Origin: an uncultured archaeon
GTDB taxonomy: Archaea; Asgardarchaeota; Thorarchaeia; Thorarchaeales; Thorarchaeaceae
DNA: 21,914 nucleotides
Assembly: GCA_964590575.1 (NCBI GenBank)
Contig: CAZPWM010000049.1
Coordinates: 1-21,914 of the forward strand
Reading direction: 5' to 3'
Notes under the pieces: generated by a model
Databases searched by the model: none
What the model was told of the DNA's origin: nothing
Seen by the model: only the letters and a program-made list of their open reading frames with translations
Program-made: the position numbers and the translations under genes
Shown: positions 16,326 to 21,914 of the stretch, piece by piece
Position numbering within the stretch: the first letter of the stretch is position 1
Layout of the letters: every line of letters begins with the position of its first letter

Positions 16326-16862
16326 CTATGGAATCTGTTTTCCCAGCGTCCAGTATTGTCCATTCAATGGCAAATACGTGAACAAAGATGTCTTTGACGC
16401 GTCAAAGCGTCCCTTTTCATTGAGCGTTGACTCATTCACATGTACTGCGACAACTTCTGCCACAAAGAGGTCGTGTGAGCCCAAGGGGATAATCTGAGTG
16501 GTTTTGCACTCGATATTTATTGGACACTCCTTGACCATTGGAGCATTAACCTTTGCAGCAGGTTCAGAAGTAAACCCACCCTCTGTAAACTTGTCATAGT
16601 CACGACCGGATTTAGTCCCTGCAAATTCGGTTCCTTCAATCTGATCGGACGAGGGAATGTTCAGTACAAACTCTCCTGCGTCCTTAACAAGATTATAGCT
16701 GTGACGTTCAGGTCTAATACCAACAACAATCATGGGAGGTTTACTGCAGACATTAGCCGCCCAAGATAGTGTAATGATGTTAGGTCTGTCTTCTCCTGCC
16801 ACGCTCAGTAGCACAACTGGACAGGGCACTAGTACCGTTCCGGGATTCATCTGTCGTTTCAT
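16326..16862 (-). CDS. flavin reductase-like FMN-binding protein
   Basis: PCPVVLLS, NIITLSW, GEFVLNIP, SGRDYDKF, ECPINIEC, GSHDLFVAEV. Confidence 0.92.
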   Translation of the reverse strand: MKRQMNPGTVLVPCPVVLLSVAGEDRPNIITLSWAANVCSKPPMIVVGIRPERHSYNLVKDAGEFVLNIPSSDQIEGTEFAGTKSGRDYDKFTEGGFTSEPAAKVNAPMVKECPINIECKTTQIIPLGSHDLFVAEVVAVHVNESTLNEKGRFDASKTSLFTYLPLNGQYWTLGKQIP

Positions 16863-16961
16863 ATGGAAATAGTATTTCAACCGGGTTAAGAAAATGTCGG
16901 GCCGTTGGATTTAAGAACTACTTGGACTCGCACAGCTCAGAACACCTAGAAGGTTGTAATA

Positions 16962-17873
16962 ATGAAACGTGTACTTGTGGCTGATGCAATCGAGGAGTCC
17001 GCTATGGCGAAGCTAAAAGCTGCCGGACTCGAAGTAGTGGTAAGAAACAAAGATACAGATGGACCAATTGAAAAACAGATCAAAGGGTTTGATTGTGTCG
17101 TCGTCAGAAGTGCCACAAAAATAACAAGAGAGGTCATTGAAGCTGCAGATAACCTAAAGCTCATTGTCAGAGCTGGTGTTGGACTTGATAATGTGGACAA
17201 GGTAGCAGCCGATGAGAAAGGAATTGAAGTTCAGAACACTCCAGAAGCCCCAACTGTTTCTGTAGCTGAAATGGTTTTCGCAATGATGTTTGCAATGGCC
17301 CGGAACATCACTCAAGCTGATAGCTCCATGAAGAACGAGCGTTGGGAGAAGAAGAAGTTCACAGGTAGTGAACTGTGGAAGAAGACCATTGGAATTATTG
17401 GCTTTGGTAGGATTGGGTGTGAAGTCGCGAGGAGAGCAAAGGCATTTGATATGAATGTCTTGGCATATGATGTACTAAACATAGACAAACTTTGCATGGA
17501 AATGGGCGTAAAGAAGACCGATTTTATTGATTTGGTTAAGAATTCAGATTATATCTCAGTCCATGTGCCATTAGTACCGCAGACAAAAGGGATGCTTGGG
17601 GAGAAAGAGTTCGCTCTGATGAAGAAGACCACATTTCTAGTGAATACTGCACGTGGTGGTGTAATAGATGAGAAAGCCCTCCTAAAAGCACTCAATGATA
17701 ATGAGATAGCAGGTGCTGCTTTGGATGTTTTCGAGAACGAACCACCTCTCGATTGGGAACTTGTCAAGCATCCACGTCTTGTCGCAACTCCACACCTTGC
17801 TTCCTCTACAGAAGAGGCTCAGGTACGAGTCGGTGAATTAACAGCTGACAAGGTCATAGCGGGACTGAAATAG
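16962..17873 (+). CDS. serA: D-3-phosphoglycerate dehydrogenase-like D-2-hydroxyacid dehydrogenase (no ACT domain)
   Basis: VRSATK, RAGVGLDNVD, GFGRIG, NTARGG, LDVFENEP, TPHLASSTEEAQ. Confidence 0.85.
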   Translation: MKRVLVADAIEESAMAKLKAAGLEVVVRNKDTDGPIEKQIKGFDCVVVRSATKITREVIEAADNLKLIVRAGVGLDNVDKVAADEKGIEVQNTPEAPTVSVAEMVFAMMFAMARNITQADSSMKNERWEKKKFTGSELWKKTIGIIGFGRIGCEVARRAKAFDMNVLAYDVLNIDKLCMEMGVKKTDFIDLVKNSDYISVHVPLVPQTKGMLGEKEFALMKKTTFLVNTARGGVIDEKALLKALNDNEIAGAALDVFENEPPLDWELVKHPRLVATPHLASSTEEAQVRVGELTADKVIAGLK

Positions 17874-17960
17874 TCACGAAGAGCCAGAGCGTTACATCTT
17901 TAAGCGAATAACTTGCGTGACGACTTGGTTCTGGACATTAATCCGGAGTCATACCATTTC

Positions 17961-18022
17961 CTTTGTGTTGGCGGATACGTCCGCACGGGATGTGGCCCCT
18001 AGAGGCTGAACCACAAACAAAG
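17961..18022 (+). promoter_or_regulatory. structured 5' leader of rpl15e (candidate ribosomal leader)
   Basis: CTTTGT/ACAAAG closing stem; GCGGA-tacg-TCCGC hairpin; GGGATGTGGCC...GGCTGAACC stem with an internal loop. Confidence 0.55.
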
Positions 18023-18056
18023 TGAATATAGTTACAACAAAGGATGGAATTACACA

Positions 18057-18641
18057 ATGCCAACGGCATACCAGCATATGAATGAAACTTGGTTGAAGGA
18101 ACAGAAGGAACGTTCTGATTTAATCAGAAGCAGAATGATTGTCTGGAGAAAACAAGGCAGTATCGTGAAACTTGACCGTCCCACACGTCTTGGAAGAGCA
18201 CGATCCTTGGGTTATAAGGCTAAACAGGGATATATGGTGGTTCGAATCATGACAGGTCGAGGCCCTCGTGAGAAACCCAGACCTAAAATGGGACGTAAAC
18301 CCAGAAGCCTAGGTGTTGTGAAGTATACACCTCAAAAATCACGACGTTGGATTGCTGAGGAGCGTGTTGGTAGAAAATTCCCGAATCTTAGGGTTCTAAA
18401 CTCCTACTGGGTGGGATCAGACCATAGATGGGTCTGGCATGAAGTAATTCTAGTCGATCCTAATCATCCAGTGATATTCAATGATCCAAATATCAACTGG
18501 ATCTGTGACTCTGTTCAGAAGGGCAGAGAGAACAGAGGACTCACATCTGCAGGTAAGAGGAGTAGAGGTCTACGTAACAAGGGAAGAGGTGCTGAGAAGA
18601 TGCGACCATCTCTTGGTGCCAACCGCAATCTCGGCAAGTAG
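18057..18641 (+). CDS. rpl15e: 50S ribosomal protein eL15
   Basis: RPTRLGRARSLGYKAKQG, AEERVGRKFPNLRVLNSYWV, EVILVDP, RGLTSAG. Confidence 0.98.
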   Translation: MPTAYQHMNETWLKEQKERSDLIRSRMIVWRKQGSIVKLDRPTRLGRARSLGYKAKQGYMVVRIMTGRGPREKPRPKMGRKPRSLGVVKYTPQKSRRWIAEERVGRKFPNLRVLNSYWVGSDHRWVWHEVILVDPNHPVIFNDPNINWICDSVQKGRENRGLTSAGKRSRGLRNKGRGAEKMRPSLGANRNLGK

Positions 18642-18670
18642 ACTGGACTCCCTAATCTGGGGGGTGTATC

Positions 18671-19135
18671 ATGTCTTTCGTGGCCAAAGTTGAGGCTCGA
18701 GCATACTCCCGAGCAACGGAGGAGTGCGATAGGGTAGTTACGGCAATTCTCAATCTATATCCTGAGAAATTTCGCAAGCTTGTAGAATTGAAATCAACAA
18801 AGGTAGAGGGCCAATCAGGTGATGTTATCCTAATTGTTGAGTCTAAGTTGTTGGACAAAATAGGAACTGAAACAACGCTGGACTACATCTTTGGAAGGTT
18901 GAACGAGAATGACCGTAGACGTCTTGGTAACTCATTGAAAGACAGATTAGATAGGAATTGTCTTTTCTTTGTCAGGATTGATAAGCAGGCAGCATTCTTG
19001 GATGATATTGTATTAGCGAAAGGACCGGATGTTATTAGTATCCAGATACATGTTCGACAATATCCAAAATGTAGGCAGGAAGATGCAAAAATAATGCTGG
19101 AAGAGCGTTTGCGTGCAGCGGATGGTGATGTCTAG
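18671..19135 (+). CDS. DUF54/UPF0201 RNA-binding protein
   Basis: ATEECDRVVTAILNL, EGQSG, FVRIDKQAA; conserved position between rpl15e and Rpp30. Confidence 0.85.
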   Translation: MSFVAKVEARAYSRATEECDRVVTAILNLYPEKFRKLVELKSTKVEGQSGDVILIVESKLLDKIGTETTLDYIFGRLNENDRRRLGNSLKDRLDRNCLFFVRIDKQAAFLDDIVLAKGPDVISIQIHVRQYPKCRQEDAKIMLEERLRAADGDV

Positions 19136-19824
19136 TGGTTATTGATATTGGAGTGTGTCCATCAACCCCCACGGACTTGGGGTCATTTGTCCAGATAGCA
19201 CGAAAGTTAGGTTTCACAGGAATTGCGACTCATAACATAGAAGGTGAACCAGACCAGCTTCTCAAAAATGAGTTCACCATACTGAAAAGGTCGGATGTGT
19301 TTGGACGAGGTTTGAAATCTATAAGGAAACAAGTTGACAATGTTAGAAAACATTCAATGATTGTGTCCGTGAAGCTAGCCTCAGTTGAAACAGCTAATTG
19401 GGCAGCTGAAGACCAACGGGTTGATCTACTCACTATCGACCATTCTCAGGCATATCGACTTCGTGACTCTACAGCGCGTCTTGCAGCTACATCTGATACA
19501 GCTCTGGAGATTAGAATCGAACCTCTTTTGCACTTAGTTGGCTTGAATCGGTCCAAAGTCATCAAGGTCTATCGGGAGTCGATACGGACTGCTATTGACT
19601 CAGAAATGCAAGTCATTCTCTCAAGTGGTGCCTTGCACCCATTGCATATGCGTTCGGCAATGGCAATTCGATATCTTGGTGAATTACTGGGCATGGGATT
19701 AAAATATGCAGGAAATGCTATCAATCAAGCACCATTAAATCTAGTTGAAAGAAATCGTAGAAGATTCAGTTCTGATTATGTAGCAGAGGGAGTGGAAATC
19801 CTTCAGAGAGGGACTAAAAAATGA
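19135..19824 (+). CDS. rnp3: ribonuclease P protein component 3 (Rpp30)
   Basis: ARKLGF, AAEDQRVDLL, ARLAA...ALEI, ILSSGA...MRS; operon context. Confidence 0.88.
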   Translation: MVIDIGVCPSTPTDLGSFVQIARKLGFTGIATHNIEGEPDQLLKNEFTILKRSDVFGRGLKSIRKQVDNVRKHSMIVSVKLASVETANWAAEDQRVDLLTIDHSQAYRLRDSTARLAATSDTALEIRIEPLLHLVGLNRSKVIKVYRESIRTAIDSEMQVILSSGALHPLHMRSAMAIRYLGELLGMGLKYAGNAINQAPLNLVERNRRRFSSDYVAEGVEILQRGTKK

Positions 19825-20129
19825 AGAAGACGCGCAGACGTTATCTTTCATTTTTCCTTCATTCAGATGATTCCAAATTAGATGACAAACAGATTGGTAC
19901 GGCAATTTGGAAGAATTTATTGTCCCTCTATGGCGAGGTGTCTGCTGCTGATTCGAAACTGTATCTTGTTGAGTTCGATGAAAAGAGTGGAGCAGGAATT
20001 CTACAATGTACAGCTTCTTCACTGGACGACGTGATTACTTCAGCAGTTCTGATTGGCTCTATTGGAAAAAGCCTTGTTTCATTCGAACCAAAGAAGACCT
20101 CTGGAACTATCAAGGGTCTCAAACGATAG
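19821..20129 (+). CDS. rnp2: ribonuclease P protein component 2 (Pop5/Rpp14)
   Basis: RRRYLSF, LYGE, GILQC, TSGTIKGL; ATGA overlap with rnp3. Confidence 0.9.
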   Translation: MKKTRRRYLSFFLHSDDSKLDDKQIGTAIWKNLLSLYGEVSAADSKLYLVEFDEKSGAGILQCTASSLDDVITSAVLIGSIGKSLVSFEPKKTSGTIKGLKR

Positions 20130-20133
20130 TGTT

Positions 20134-20553
20134 CTATCTGATCAAATACAGGTCTACTTCTTTAATGTGATTATTCTCCATCAGAAAAGCTTTGCTCACC
20201 CATTTTCCACTTTCTTTTGATGCAATAAGCCAAACGACAGGATTGAGTTTCATATTTTGTTGATCTCTGTTTGAGGGGAATGGAGGCGCAGGATGTGAAT
20301 GAAAGATTCCTACGAAATCTTCATCCTGTTCCTCCGCTTCAATTATGAGGCGATATTGTTCCTCAGGGTTCACCATGAATGATGTAGTACTGGAGGATGC
20401 CTCATTATAAACTAGTTCAATGCGATTGACTATTACTGAAAATTCTGATACCTTTCCGAAAAGAAGTGCAGCGGCTTCCAATGGAAGATTGGTTTCAGCA
20501 TGATTATGGAGAGCTTCTAAATCCAAGATAGAGAGATGCAGTGAAAGCTGCAT
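20134..20553 (-). CDS. JAMM/MPN+ (M67) metalloprotease
   Basis: PLEAAALLFG and GIFHSHPAPPFPSNRD (E...HxH-x7-S-x2-D pattern). Confidence 0.92.
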   Translation of the reverse strand: MQLSLHLSILDLEALHNHAETNLPLEAAALLFGKVSEFSVIVNRIELVYNEASSSTTSFMVNPEEQYRLIIEAEEQDEDFVGIFHSHPAPPFPSNRDQQNMKLNPVVWLIASKESGKWVSKAFLMENNHIKEVDLYLIR

Positions 20554-20571
20554 CAGAAAACCTCCAAATGT

Positions 20572-21009
20572 CTAGAAAGCAGATTTGATTTCCTCGAGTA
20601 CGATACAGGTTTCAGCATCGCCGACTCCAGGAATCCGTCCAAGACGTGTTTCTAGGAATACCTTCAGTTCAGTGAGATCATCCACTGTCACCATGATCAT
20701 CAGACCACATGCTCCATCAAGGAAATAAGCCTCATCGACTTCTTGGAAATCTCTGAGTTTCTTAGAGATCACCGCGGCTTCCTTCATTGCTGCCTTGACC
20801 CGAATGACTGCACGTATTTTCCGCCCAATCTTCAAGGGATCTAGTATTACTGTAAACCGTTTGATGTATCCCTCATCCATGAGCCTTTTCACGCGTCGTC
20901 GAATGGTGACTTCAGTTCTACCTACAGTGTCCGCAATCTCACTATAGGACCGTCTGCCATCATTCTGTAGCATCGAAATAATCTGAGAGTCAATGGGATC
21001 TAGTCGCAT
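20572..21009 (-). CDS. Lrp/AsnC-family transcriptional regulator
   Basis: LDPIDSQIISMLQNDGRRSYSEIA...RRRVKRL...GYIKRFT plus a RAM domain; start at MRLD. Confidence 0.93.
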   Translation of the reverse strand: MRLDPIDSQIISMLQNDGRRSYSEIADTVGRTEVTIRRRVKRLMDEGYIKRFTVILDPLKIGRKIRAVIRVKAAMKEAAVISKKLRDFQEVDEAYFLDGACGLMIMVTVDDLTELKVFLETRLGRIPGVGDAETCIVLEEIKSAF

Positions 21010-21143
21010 GGTCTTCGCCTCATTTTCATGGGCCAGCATGAAACGCAACTAAGTGTTCGATATCGTACATATATATTAGCTGTTGTGTGTGAATTCGTTA
21101 GATAGCTGTTTAAGAAAGTACAAAATAATCATATGAGTGAAGT

Positions 21144-21914
21144 TTAGAGTATTCTTAGCTCTTCCTTAATTATCGCATCTTCTCGTGGTGACATGATAGC
21201 ATACAGTTCTATATGGTCAATCAGGGATTTAGCGTTGCGGATCTTTTCTTCGAGGAGTTCCTGTATCTGGAAGATTCCTGATGCGTTGTTCATGGTCACC
21301 TCGATTCTGACTGTTTTTGATTCGCCTTTTCGAATTCTCACGTTTTCGATTGCACGTGCACTAGTACTGTGAATGTTGACGCTTCCAGCCTCAAAGGGAA
21401 TTCTTGCTCGACCCTTTGTCATATCTAAAGCATCAGCAACACCTACTACACCAGCCTCTACTGTCAGAGGTTTTGCCACCCTATCATGACAGTATATCGC
21501 ATGCAGAATATGGTCTCTGATGTGAACTTGTTTGTGCTTATCGTTTGGATAAACTTTAGCTAGAACTCGATCAATTATTGGTAAAGCTAACACAACTGAG
21601 AACTCATCATGATTCGTACGGGCAACTACCATACCTATGTCGTGAAGATAGCACCCCATCATGACCACGAGTTCTGAATCGCTGACATCGCCAGTCTCTT
21701 CTTGGACAATTGTTGGTTGAAGTCCAACGACCAGCTGTCTAAGGAGTCGTATTCCATTCAGGGTTACAATCAGAGAGTGTGTATGACCATGGTCTGAATA
21801 GTGCATTCGGTCTATGGCCATGCGATTACTATCTTCAAGCATGGTCTGGACTTCGATATCATTCTCAAGTTCTTCAAACGCAACTTCACAGAGTTTGTTC
21901 GTCTTGAATATTCT
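21144..21914 (-). CDS. HD-domain metal-dependent phosphohydrolase, 5'-partial
   Basis: SDHGHTH, YLHDIGM, HD, VADALDM; frame is open from 21842 to the window edge. Confidence 0.88.
   Translation of the reverse strand, partial: RIFKTNKLCEVAFEELENDIEVQTMLEDSNRMAIDRMHYSDHGHTHSLIVTLNGIRLLRQLVVGLQPTIVQEETGDVSDSELVVMMGCYLHDIGMVVARTNHDEFSVVLALPIIDRVLAKVYPNDKHKQVHIRDHILHAIYCHDRVAKPLTVEAGVVGVADALDMTKGRARIPFEAGSVNIHSTSARAIENVRIRKGESKTVRIEVTMNNASGIFQIQELLEEKIRNAKSLIDHIELYAIMSPREDAIIKEELRIL

Noticed and set aside
512-20122. Numerous short antisense or nested ORFs in the track (e.g. 1783-2133, 3668-4018, 4608-4964, 5951-6331, 10183-10632, 13378-13722)
   Set aside because: They overlap better-supported genes and lack protein motifs.

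Overview
Archaeal chromosomal window; protein content and eukaryote-leaning sequences suggest an Asgard archaeon, possibly Thorarchaeia (inference). Two conserved information-processing clusters are present: rps6e-eIF2gamma-PIN-rpo7-spt4-[insertion]-rps24e-rps27ae, and rpl15e-DUF54-Rpp30-Pop5. They flank an accessory region containing an XRE regulator with two membrane paralogs, an M14 peptidase, FprA, DUF134, YchF, a flavin reductase and a SerA-like dehydrogenase. The best signal is absent from the ORF track: a minus-strand initiator tRNA-Met (10633-10808) interrupted by three introns (D-loop 18/19, anticodon loop 37/38, T-loop 59/60), each with a relaxed bulge-helix-bulge. Its 3' end is duplicated 1.47 kb away, bracketing the peptidase like an integrase-less islet. 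Also notable are an atypical TnpB/Cas12f-like RuvC gene inserted antisense between spt4 and rps24e, a tandem palindromic operator, and a structured rpl15e leader.
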